Source: an uncultured Clostridia bacterium (GTDB lineage: Bacteria; Bacillota; Clostridia; TANB77; CAG-508). From it: a DNA stretch of 35,765 nt. Under the pieces are notes generated by a model. It ran no database searches. It saw only the letters and a program-made list of their open reading frames with translations, and was not told where the DNA came from. Location of the stretch: NCBI GenBank assembly GCA_944392675.1, contig CALXXK010000002.1:1-35765 (forward strand), given 5' to 3'. The position numbers and the translations under genes were made by a program. Positions 1 through 8,194 of the stretch are shown piece by piece. Each line of letters opens with the position of its first letter. Within the stretch, counting starts at the first letter, position 1.

Positions 1-821
1 ACATATTCGATTAAATCTTCTGATTTTCCTAATCTTTGTAATATTAGTTTTACTATTTGTATATTTCTTCTTTCATTGTGTCCGCCAATATTGTATCTTT
101 CTCCTGCTCTTCCATTATGGAATACTAAATCTATTGCTTCACAGTGGTCTTCTACATATAACCAATCTCTTATATTTTTTCCTGTTCCATATACTGGTAG
201 CTTTTCGTCTTTTAATGCTAATTTAATCATATGTGGAATCAATTTTTCATTATGTTGATATGGTCCATAGTTGTTTGAACAATTTGTTACATTTATATTC
301 ATTTTATATGTTTCTTTATATGCAAGAGCAATTAAATCTGAACTTGCTTTTGATGATGAATATGGGCTACTTGGTTTTATTGGTGAAGTTTCTGTAAAAT
401 ATCCTTCTTCTCCTAGTGAACCATATACTTCATCTGTTGATATATGTACAAATTTATTAGAACTTCCTTCTCCCCATTTTTGTTTGGCTGTTTCTAGTAA
501 AGTATGTGTTCCAATTACATTTGTTTGTGTAAATATAAATGGATTCTTTATACTATTGTCTACATGAGATTCTGCTGCAAAGTGAATTACACCATTTATA
601 TCATATTTATCGAAAATATCTTTCATTTTTTCAAAGTCACATATATCTGCTTGGATAAATGTTATTTTATCTTGCACCTTCTTTAAATTTGCTAAATTTC
701 CTGCATATGTTAATTTGTCTACAACTATTATATTGTAGTCTGGATGTTTGTTTACAAAGTATTCTGCAAAATTTGCTCCTATAAACCCTGCTGCTCCTGT
801 TACTAAAATATTGTTTTTCAT
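1..821 (-). CDS. rfbB: dTDP-glucose 4,6-dehydratase (RmlB), N-terminal ~273 codons; the C-terminus runs off the window edge
   Basis: Absent from the ORF track because it is open at the window edge. My translation from the ATG at 821 gives MKNNILVTGAAGFIGANF...HISTDEVYG...PYSSSKASSDL...NIRDWLYVEDH. This shows the GxxGxxG Rossmann motif and the YxxxK catalytic motif of extended-SDR dehydratases. An AAAGGA RBS lies upstream. Confidence 0.9.
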   Translation of the reverse strand, partial: MKNNILVTGAAGFIGANFAEYFVNKHPDYNIIVVDKLTYAGNLANLKKVQDKITFIQADICDFEKMKDIFDKYDINGVIHFAAESHVDNSIKNPFIFTQTNVIGTHTLLETAKQKWGEGSSNKFVHISTDEVYGSLGEEGYFTETSPIKPSSPYSSSKASSDLIALAYKETYKMNINVTNCSNNYGPYQHNEKLIPHMIKLALKDEKLPVYGTGKNIRDWLYVEDHCEAIDLVFHNGRAGERYNIGGHNERRNIQIVKLILQRLGKSEDLIEY

Positions 822-855
822 TTTTACTATCAATCCTTTCTTAAGGTTAGTCCCT

Positions 856-1629
856 TTACTTTAATTTTCTATTTATATATTCTATTGACATTTTAGCTAT
901 TTCATCTATTTTTTCTTTTGTGTATTTGTCTTGACAATTTAATCTTTTTACAAATTTATTAATATAATCATTTTCTTTTATTATTCTCAGACTTTCATCA
1001 AATTCCAATGCAAATATATGTGCAATTATTGCAACCATTATATCCATATCATTTTTAGCTTTATCATATTCTAATAATCTTTCTTCTTTAAAGCTTTCAT
1101 AAAAATATGGTGTTAATACTTCTTTTGATATATCTTCACTTCCAAATTTTCCAAAGTCTTCAATTTTTTGTTCTAGTAAGCCTCTAAATATATCTATATT
1201 ATCAGCATCTCTTATAATTTTAGTATGTAATAGTTCTTGTTCTGTTAATCCTTTTTCAATACGTAATTTATTATGATTTTCTATTGCTTTATATATTATT
1301 GCATCATATTTATCATCTTTTATATATTTTCTGATATGTTTGTCTGCATATAAAACTTCTAATCCTTTGCTTGCATGGTCTATAGTTTCTTTGTCATTAA
1401 AACTATTATATAATCTAACTTGCTCAAATCTTCCTATATCATGTAATAAGCCTATTAATTCTGCTAAATTTTGTTCTTCATTATTTAAACCTAAATTTTT
1501 TGCTATCATTTTTGAATTTTCAGCAACATGATATGTATGTATAATTTTTAGATTAATTCTTCCATTTTTAATATCATAATTTGATACATATTGTTTAAAC
1601 ACTTCTTTTGCCTTTAATATTTCAATCAT
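856..1629 (-). CDS. HD-domain metal-dependent phosphohydrolase (257 aa)
   Basis: The LLHDIGRFEQ and IIRDADNIDIF motifs are the H..HD..D signature of the HD superfamily. I chose the start at MIEILKAK (ATG at 1629), which is preceded by AAAGGAGAAAC. The longer ORF-track version (to 1809) has a basic, junk-like N-terminus and overlaps rfbC. Confidence 0.75.
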   Translation of the reverse strand: MIEILKAKEVFKQYVSNYDIKNGRINLKIIHTYHVAENSKMIAKNLGLNNEEQNLAELIGLLHDIGRFEQVRLYNSFNDKETIDHASKGLEVLYADKHIRKYIKDDKYDAIIYKAIENHNKLRIEKGLTEQELLHTKIIRDADNIDIFRGLLEQKIEDFGKFGSEDISKEVLTPYFYESFKEERLLEYDKAKNDMDIMVAIIAHIFALEFDESLRIIKENDYINKFVKRLNCQDKYTKEKIDEIAKMSIEYINRKLK

Positions 1630-1641
1630 GTTTCTCCTTTT

Positions 1642-1672
1642 TGTCATTTTGGGGACTGTCCCCAAAATGACA
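1642..1672 (-). promoter_or_regulatory. Perfect palindrome and predicted strong RNA hairpin between the rfbC stop and the HD-gene RBS
   Basis: TGTCATTTTGGGGAC-T-GTCCCCAAAATGACA has 15-nt arms that are exact reverse complements. It starts 2 nt after the rfbC stop codon and ends 4 nt before the AGGAG of the HD gene RBS. No U-tract follows it on the transcribed (minus) strand. Confidence 0.6.
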
Positions 1673-1673
1673 A

Positions 1674-2252
1674 TTATAAATTTTTGAATAAGTCTGTGTT
1701 TTTTAGTTCTGCTAGTGTTGGCCATTTTCCGTCTTTTTCTGATGTTAGTATTTCTTCTGCTTTTAATCCTTCCATTGGCCATTTTATTCCAACTTCTGGA
1801 TCGTCCCATTTTAGTCCACCTTCTGCATTTGGATTGTATACATCATCACATTTATATGTGAATTCTGCTTCGTCTGATAAAACTAAAAATCCATGTGCAA
1901 ATCCTCTTGGTATCATGAACATTTTTTTATTTTCTTCTGTTAGTATGACTCCTTCCCATTTTCCATATGTTTTACTTCCTGGTCTTAAGTCTACTGCAAC
2001 GTCAAATACTTCTCCTCTTATACATCTTACAAGTTTTGCTTGTGTGTTTTCTTTTTGGAAGTGTAAACCTCTTAATACTCCTTTTTTTGATTTTGATTGG
2101 TTGTCTTGTACAAAGTTGTAGTTTAAACCTATTTCTTCAAAATCTTTTTGTGCATATGTTTCCATGAAGTATCCTCTGTTATCTCCAAAAACCGTTGGTT
2201 CTATTACATATACACCATCAATACTTGTCTCTATTTTTTTGAATTGTCCCAT
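1674..2252 (-). CDS. rfbC: dTDP-4-dehydrorhamnose 3,5-epimerase (RmlC)
   Basis: The protein has a 192-aa cupin fold. DNRGYFMETY, GLHFQ, KLVRCIRGEVFDVAVDLR and IPRGFAHGF are classic RmlC motifs. RBS is GAAAGGAA. Confidence 0.93.
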   Translation of the reverse strand: MGQFKKIETSIDGVYVIEPTVFGDNRGYFMETYAQKDFEEIGLNYNFVQDNQSKSKKGVLRGLHFQKENTQAKLVRCIRGEVFDVAVDLRPGSKTYGKWEGVILTEENKKMFMIPRGFAHGFLVLSDEAEFTYKCDDVYNPNAEGGLKWDDPEVGIKWPMEGLKAEEILTSEKDGKWPTLAELKNTDLFKNL

Positions 2253-2269
2253 TTTTAATTCATTCCTTT

Positions 2270-3031
2270 CTATTTTATTAATTCTATGATACTTTCAAAA
2301 ATTTCATCTTCTGTTAATTCTTTATTTATATTTTCAGTTACAAAGATAATTTTATCATCTTCATATTCAAAATACTCATATGTTTGAGTACTATCTAAGT
2401 CTTCAAATGGATTTTTTACAATTTCTCCAGTTACAGGGTCTACCATATAACAGGTTCCAGATATTGAAATTATAGTTAGTTTATTTGAATTAACAATTTC
2501 TTCAAGAGTTGCATCTATTTCAGTTTCATTATCTTTTTTATTTACTTGTAAAAATCCATCGTCATTTACTGAATATTCATTGTTTAATAATTCTGTATTA
2601 TTTAAATAATTTATAATACTTTCTTGGCTTGTTTTATCTATCCAAATTCCATTTTCTTTAGGATAATTTTCTTCAAAACAACTATCTATTTCTGAAAAAT
2701 TTGGAATATCATTTTTTATAATTCCTGCAAATGCTACTTTATAATTAATTTCTGGCTTTACTACCACGGCTTTTCTGCCATCATATTCTGTTTGTATTTC
2801 ATAAATTTCATCTGGTCCTGTTATTTTATATTCTTCTTTTAATTCATCTAAGTCTGCTTGCTCATCATACATTATGGAATCATTTTTAAATTCTTCAAAT
2901 GTTTTTTCTTGATTATTACTTTTTTCTTGCTCTTCTTTTTGATTTTTCCAATTTATTATAAAAAATAATCCTATTATTAAAATTATTAATGCTATTATAC
3001 ATATACTTATAATTATTTTCTTTTTATTCAT
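2270..3031 (-). CDS. Hypothetical membrane-anchored acidic protein (253 aa); no family recognised
   Basis: An N-terminal hydrophobic anchor (IIISICIIALIILIIGLFFII) is followed by a D/E-rich soluble domain. The start lies 4 nt after the stop of the upstream ChW-M14 gene, and its GAGAGG RBS sits inside the last codons of that gene. Confidence 0.6.
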   Translation of the reverse strand: MNKKKIIISICIIALIILIIGLFFIINWKNQKEEQEKSNNQEKTFEEFKNDSIMYDEQADLDELKEEYKITGPDEIYEIQTEYDGRKAVVVKPEINYKVAFAGIIKNDIPNFSEIDSCFEENYPKENGIWIDKTSQESIINYLNNTELLNNEYSVNDDGFLQVNKKDNETEIDATLEEIVNSNKLTIISISGTCYMVDPVTGEIVKNPFEDLDSTQTYEYFEYEDDKIIFVTENINKELTEDEIFESIIELIK

Positions 3032-3035
3032 ATTG

Positions 3036-6000
3036 CTATACCTCTCTTAGCATTTGTAATGTTGCATATATATATAAATCAGATAATCCCATACTATTTA
3101 AGTGTTCTGGGCTGTTTGCTTTTGGTAATTCCACTAAAGTTGCTTTTGCTCCTAAATTTTGCCTTGCCCAAGATACTATATATTGATTTCCATATACACC
3201 ATAATTTCTAGTGTCACATGTTGGGATATATGCTTTGTAATATTTTGCAATTTGTTCATTTCCTATTAATTGATTTTCCCATCCATGTAAATCAACTACT
3301 ACTGTTTGTCCTGAAGTAGATTTATGTGATAGCATAAAATCTCTTAATGCTGATGCTTCATAAGCTTGAAATCCAGCTGTACCATTATAATTTCTTGAAT
3401 CTGTATATCTTGTATATGAATTTCCAGTTTGCCAAGATCTGTTTATATCAATTCCTCTTCCTGCTTGACTATATAAGGTAAGTCTTCCTGGTCCGTTATT
3501 TGTATATCCCATTCTTCTTCCATCTGGATTAACTTCTGGGAATATATATATAGTCCATTTATCAGCTATTGCTTTATCTTGCATAGCAATTAATTTATTA
3601 TAAAGATTATCTGCTATGCATGTTAAAATAAATCCATCTGCTGCCCATGAATCTTCAAACCCATGTACACAAAACGTTGCAAAAAATACATTTGGTCCAC
3701 TTCCATATTTATAATATCTAAGTGAAGTACCACCAGCAACTCCATGTATTGCTGCACCACTGTATCCATATTCTCCTGTTCCGTATTCTATCTTATTTAT
3801 AATATTTATTGTTGAAGATAATTCTTGTAATTTTCTATTATCACTTGACCAGATTTCTACTTTTATTGTGTGATTTCCTAAAGATTGTTTTGAAAAATCA
3901 AAATTTAGAGAAAAACCTGGGTATGGATTTGTTATATCTCCACCATATCCTTTTACACTATTTAGTACATCTGTCCTTACAACTCTAGATACATTACCTT
4001 GCTCTGCTCCATCAAAAAATACTTTAATAGTTAAATTTGGAACATTAGACATAACCCATCCTTTTATTTGTCCATTTGTGTTATGAATTGAACCTTTTGT
4101 ATCTATAAAAGCTGTAGTTTTCTCTGTGTTTGATTTTTTAACTATTTTAATTTGTATTGCTTCTATTCTTTTTGATTCTTCTGTTGTACCTGCATATTCA
4201 CCATCTGAACACCATTCTTGCCATCCTACATCTTGTACATATGCTCTGTATTCAATAGAATATTCATCTGTATTTTCTAATTTTATTCTTATAGCCTCTA
4301 TTCTTTTTGATTGGTTTGTTGTTCCTGCTATTTCTCCTTCATCTTTCCAAGGTTGCCATCCTACTTCTCCTACATGTGCTTGATATTTTACTTTTACCCC
4401 TTCTGGTAAATTTGCTATTTCTATTTTTATTGCTTCTAATCTTTTAGATTGTTCTGTCGTTCCTGAAGTTTCTCCATTCTTTTTTATGGACTGCCATCCA
4501 ACATCTTGTACATGTGATTGATATTTTACTATTAATGTATCTTTATCTAGTTTTAGACTACTTTGTTTTGTAGCTATTATATTTCCTTGATTATCAACCA
4601 ATTTTAATTCTATATTATACGTATTTGTTTCTAAATTTGTTGTATCTATTTTTATATTAAATCGTGGCTGTGTATTATTGCTTTCTATTCCATATCCTTT
4701 TGTATTTGTTACTAAATTATTATCTTCACTATATGTTATTTCAGATTGGATTTTTTCTCCATTTAGATATGTTTCTAGACTTGTATTTGGATTATTTGCC
4801 ATTTTCCATCCATTTATTTCTATTCCATCTGAATCAAATATAGTATTTGTTAAATCTGTATCTATATTTATTGTTCCTTTTATTTGCTTTTCTACTATTC
4901 TAATTTGTATTGCTTCTATTCTTTTTGATTGGCCTTCTGTTCCTGAAATCTCTCCATCTTCACACCAATCTTGCCAGCCTACATCTTGTACATGCGTTCT
5001 ATATTGTATAGAATATTTATCTGTATTTTCTAATTTGATTCTTATAGCTTCTAATCTTAAACCTTGCCCCTCTGTTCCTGCTATTTCTCCTTCATTTTTC
5101 CATGTTTGCCATCCTACTTTTCCTACATGTACTTGGTATTTTAATTCTATTCCTTTAGGTAAATTTGATACATTAATTTTTATTGCTTCTAATCTTTTAG
5201 ATTGATCTGTTGTACCGGAAATTTCTTCATTTTTTTTCATAGCTTGCCATCCAATATCTTGTACATGTGATTGATATTGTACTATTAATGTATCTTTATC
5301 TAATTTCAAACTACTTTGTTTTGTAGCTATTATATTTCCTTGGTTATCAACTAATTTTAATTCTAAATTATATGTGTTTGTTTCCAAATTTGTTGTATCT
5401 ATTTTTATATTAAATCGTGGCTGTGCATTATTAGTTTCTATTCCATATCCTTTTGTTTTTGTTACTAAATTATCATCTGCATTATATGTTATTTTAGATT
5501 GTATTTTTTCTCCATTTAAATATGTTTCTATACTTGTATTTGGAACATTTGCTAATTTCCATCCATTTATTTCTATTCCATCTGAATTAAATGTAGTATT
5601 TTCTAAATTTGTATCTAAATTTATTGTTCCTTTTACTTGTTTTTCTACAATTTTAATTTGTATTGCTTCTATTCTTTTTGATTGGCCTTCTGTTCCTGCT
5701 GTTTCTCCATCTTCGCACCAATTTTGCCAACCTATATCTTGTACATGTACTCTATATTGCACAGAATATTTGTCTGTATTTTCTAATTTTATTCTTATTG
5801 CTTCTATTCTTTTTGATTGGCCTTCTGTGCCTGCTATTTCTCCTTCATTTTTCCATGGTTGCCATCCTATTTCACCTACATGTGTTTGATATTTTACTTT
5901 TACACCTTCTGGTAGATTAGATGTTACTATTTTTATAGCTTCTATTCTTTTTGATTGTCCTTCTGTTCCTGAAACTGCTCCATTATTTTTTGGTGCTTGC

Positions 6001-6137
6001 CATCCTACATCTTGTACGTGTGATTGATATTGTATATTTATTGCATTAGTATTATCATCTAATGCATAGCTAATTTTAAAACTTAATAATATTAAAATTG
6101 CTAATAATATACAAATAATAATTCTTTTTTTATACAT
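3036..6137 (-). CDS. Secreted ChW-repeat protein with a C-terminal M14 zinc carboxypeptidase-like domain (probable peptidoglycan stem-peptide hydrolase)
   Basis: It begins with the signal peptide MYKKRIIICILLAILILLSFKISYA. Three ~251-aa modules follow, each with 3 ChW repeats (Y[QR]xHVQD[IV]GWQ...AGT[ET]GQSKRIEAI) plus a ~105-aa beta-rich domain. The C-terminus carries HGFE, EVNPDGR, INRSW and DLHGW, matching the M14 HxxE...H zinc site. Confidence 0.8.
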   Translation of the reverse strand: MYKKRIIICILLAILILLSFKISYALDDNTNAINIQYQSHVQDVGWQAPKNNGAVSGTEGQSKRIEAIKIVTSNLPEGVKVKYQTHVGEIGWQPWKNEGEIAGTEGQSKRIEAIRIKLENTDKYSVQYRVHVQDIGWQNWCEDGETAGTEGQSKRIEAIQIKIVEKQVKGTINLDTNLENTTFNSDGIEINGWKLANVPNTSIETYLNGEKIQSKITYNADDNLVTKTKGYGIETNNAQPRFNIKIDTTNLETNTYNLELKLVDNQGNIIATKQSSLKLDKDTLIVQYQSHVQDIGWQAMKKNEEISGTTDQSKRLEAIKINVSNLPKGIELKYQVHVGKVGWQTWKNEGEIAGTEGQGLRLEAIRIKLENTDKYSIQYRTHVQDVGWQDWCEDGEISGTEGQSKRIEAIQIRIVEKQIKGTINIDTDLTNTIFDSDGIEINGWKMANNPNTSLETYLNGEKIQSEITYSEDNNLVTNTKGYGIESNNTQPRFNIKIDTTNLETNTYNIELKLVDNQGNIIATKQSSLKLDKDTLIVKYQSHVQDVGWQSIKKNGETSGTTEQSKRLEAIKIEIANLPEGVKVKYQAHVGEVGWQPWKDEGEIAGTTNQSKRIEAIRIKLENTDEYSIEYRAYVQDVGWQEWCSDGEYAGTTEESKRIEAIQIKIVKKSNTEKTTAFIDTKGSIHNTNGQIKGWVMSNVPNLTIKVFFDGAEQGNVSRVVRTDVLNSVKGYGGDITNPYPGFSLNFDFSKQSLGNHTIKVEIWSSDNRKLQELSSTINIINKIEYGTGEYGYSGAAIHGVAGGTSLRYYKYGSGPNVFFATFCVHGFEDSWAADGFILTCIADNLYNKLIAMQDKAIADKWTIYIFPEVNPDGRRMGYTNNGPGRLTLYSQAGRGIDINRSWQTGNSYTRYTDSRNYNGTAGFQAYEASALRDFMLSHKSTSGQTVVVDLHGWENQLIGNEQIAKYYKAYIPTCDTRNYGVYGNQYIVSWARQNLGAKATLVELPKANSPEHLNSMGLSDLYIYATLQMLREV
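4526..6032 (-). repeat. Two tandem 753-bp coding modules (251 aa each), with a third more diverged copy continuing to about 3770
   Basis: The protein period is exactly 251 aa (QYQSH at residues 36-40 and 287-291). The DNA landmark ctactttgttttgtagctat recurs at 5311 and 4558, an offset of 753 bp. By eye the two copies are roughly 90 percent identical. Confidence 0.8.
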
Positions 6138-6262
6138 ATTTAATCCAACACGCCCTTCCTTTTTTTCAAATTAATTTATTTACTATATAAAAGTGTTGTG
6201 ATAGATAGAAATATAATTTTTCTTCTTTAGATATTTTTACCAAATTTATATTTCTATTATTT

Positions 6263-7153
6263 TTACTCTTCTCCAAATTTATTTTCTGCTAAATCTTTTA
6301 AATATTTTCCATAGTCTGTTTTCATGAATTTTTGTGCTAGTTCTAATAATTGGTTAGAGTCTATCCATCCGTTTTTATATGCAATTTCTTCTGGGCAACA
6401 TACTTGTAATCCTTGTCTTTTTTCTATTGTTTGAACAAAACTTGCTGTTTCTAGTAATGCATCATGTGTTCCTGTATCAAACCATGTCATTCCTCTTCCT
6501 AATTTTTCAACTTTTAATTTTCCACGTTTCATATATTCATCATTTACAGATGTTATCTCTAATTCTCCTCTTGCTGAAGGCTTAACACTTTTTGCTATTT
6601 CAATAACTTCATTTGTATAGAAATATAATCCTGGTACTGCATAGTTTGATTTTGGATTTTCTGGTTTTTCTTCTATTGATATTGCTTTACCTTCTTTGTC
6701 TATTTCTACAACTCCATATGCTCTTGGGTCTTTTACATAATATCCAAAAATTGTTGCTTCATCTTCTCTGTTGTTTGCTGCAATAACTTTTTCTGCAAAA
6801 TGCTCTCCATAAAACATATTATCTCCTAATATCATTGCAACATTATCTTGTCCTATAAATTCTTCTCCTATTATAAAAGCTTCTGCTAATCCATTTGGCT
6901 TTTCTTGAACTTTATATTCAAAGTTCATTCCCCATTGTTTTCCATCACCTAAAAGTTCTCTAAATGTTACTATATCTCTAGGTGTTGATATTATTAATAC
7001 ATCTTTTATTCCAGCTTGCATTAAAACTGATAATGGGTAATATATCATTGGTTTATCATATACAGGCATTATTTGTTTTGATATTGCAAGTGTTAATGGA
7101 TACAATCTTGTTCCACTTCCTCCTGCTAAAATTATTCCCTTTCTATTTTTCAT
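6263..7153 (-). CDS. rfbA: Glucose-1-phosphate thymidylyltransferase (RmlA)
   Basis: [16 protein letters not shown] (the nucleotidyltransferase G-rich loop), [15 protein letters not shown] and [17 protein letters not shown] are present. I preferred the start at MKNRKG (ATG at 7153) with GGATGAG 4 nt upstream. The ORF-track alternative is 7162. Confidence 0.92.
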   Translation of the reverse strand: MKNRKGIILAGGSGTRLYPLTLAISKQIMPVYDKPMIYYPLSVLMQAGIKDVLIISTPRDIVTFRELLGDGKQWGMNFEYKVQEKPNGLAEAFIIGEEFIGQDNVAMILGDNMFYGEHFAEKVIAANNREDEATIFGYYVKDPRAYGVVEIDKEGKAISIEEKPENPKSNYAVPGLYFYTNEVIEIAKSVKPSARGELEITSVNDEYMKRGKLKVEKLGRGMTWFDTGTHDALLETASFVQTIEKRQGLQVCCPEEIAYKNGWIDSNQLLELAQKFMKTDYGKYLKDLAENKFGEE

Positions 7154-7225
7154 TTTTCTCATCCTTTCATATTTAGTTCTTCATAAATGAAGTTTAACAA
7201 CTCCAAAATTGTAATTATTTTTAAA

Positions 7226-8089
7226 TTATAATTTTCCTTCTTCTTTCAAATATCTTTTCAATCCATCTTCCCATTCTGGAACTTCTATTCCTTGTGCTTT
7301 TAATTTTTCTTTTGACATTTGAGAATTTTTAGGTCTTTTTGCTTGAGTAATTTTCATCATTTCTATATATTTTTCTGTTGAAACTGGATTTACTTGACAA
7401 ATAATTCCTGCATATTCAAAAATTGCTTTTGTAAAATCATACCAAGTTGTAAATCCTTCATTTGTTGCATGATATACTCCATAAGGTATTTTCTTTTCTA
7501 TTGCTTGTCCTATAAAGTTTGCTAAATCTTCTGCATATGTAGGCGAACCATGTTGATCTGATACTACATTTAACTCATCTTTTGTTTCTCCCAATTTTAA
7601 CATAGTTCTTACAAAATTATTTCCATCTCCATATAACCATGCCGTTCTAAATATATAATATTTATCTGTATTTTGTTCTATATATTCTTCTCCATGTAAT
7701 TTTGTTATTCCATATGCTGTAACTGGTTTTTTAGGATCATCTTCTTTATATTCTTTTGAAATATCTAAATCTCCTCCAAATACATAATCTGTACTTATAT
7801 GTACTAATATACTATTATTTTCTTTTGCTGCTTTTGCTAAATTTTTTGGTCCATCTGCATTTATCTTTTCTACTATTTCTCCTGCTGTTTCTGCTTTATC
7901 TACTGCTGTATATGCTGCACAGTTTATTATATATTCTGGTTTTACATTTTTTACGTATTCTGATACTGCTTTTTCATCTGTTATATCTAAGTCTGCAACA
8001 TCTGTGCATATTAACTCATTTCCTTTTTCTAGTCTTTTTCTTACTGATTTTGCAAGCATTCCATTTGCTCCTGTAATTAATATTTTCAT
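7226..8089 (-). CDS. rfbD: dTDP-4-dehydrorhamnose reductase (RmlD)
   Basis: MKILITGANGMLA is the Rossmann motif. STDYVFGG, YGITKLHGE (YxxxK) and the 287-aa length fit RmlD. A strong AGGAGGT RBS is present. Confidence 0.9.
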   Translation of the reverse strand: MKILITGANGMLAKSVRKRLEKGNELICTDVADLDITDEKAVSEYVKNVKPEYIINCAAYTAVDKAETAGEIVEKINADGPKNLAKAAKENNSILVHISTDYVFGGDLDISKEYKEDDPKKPVTAYGITKLHGEEYIEQNTDKYYIFRTAWLYGDGNNFVRTMLKLGETKDELNVVSDQHGSPTYAEDLANFIGQAIEKKIPYGVYHATNEGFTTWYDFTKAIFEYAGIICQVNPVSTEKYIEMMKITQAKRPKNSQMSKEKLKAQGIEVPEWEDGLKRYLKEEGKL

Positions 8090-8141
8090 TATTACACTTA
8101 CCTCCTAATTTCTTTTTTCATTTACATTAAAATACGTCTAT

Positions 8142-8170
8142 ATAATATCATTTAAATGAAAAAAGTACAA
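8142..8170 (-). promoter_or_regulatory. Possible sigma-A promoter for rfbD-rfbA (TTGTAC-17 nt-TATTAT)
   Basis: On the minus strand the -35-like TTGTAC (8165..8170) overlaps the terminator stem. A 17-nt spacer follows, then the -10-like TATTAT (8142..8147). Such matches arise easily by chance in AT-rich DNA. Confidence 0.3.
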
Positions 8171-8189
8171 GGGTTTCTTGTACTTTTTT
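8159..8189 (-). terminator. Rho-independent terminator downstream of the ChW-GH73 gene
   Basis: The minus strand reads AAAAAAGTACAAG-AAACC-CTTGTACTTTTTT, a 13-bp stem with a 5-nt loop that ends in a U-run. It starts 6 nt after the stop codon. It is the only clear intrinsic terminator in the window. Confidence 0.65.
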
Positions 8190-8194
8190 GTTAT

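Noticed and set aside
1642-1672. The palindrome read as a rho-independent terminator.
   Set aside because: On the transcribed minus strand the stem is followed by AAAAAGGAG rather than a U-run, and the next gene starts 12 nt later. I kept it as a regulatory or stability hairpin instead.
1630-1809. The N-terminal 60-codon extension of the HD ORF (MGRSRSWNKMANGRIKSRRN...).
   Set aside because: It overlaps the 3' end of rfbC and reads through the perfect palindrome. It is highly basic, junk-like sequence without an RBS, whereas the internal ATG at 1629 has an AAAGGAGAAAC RBS.
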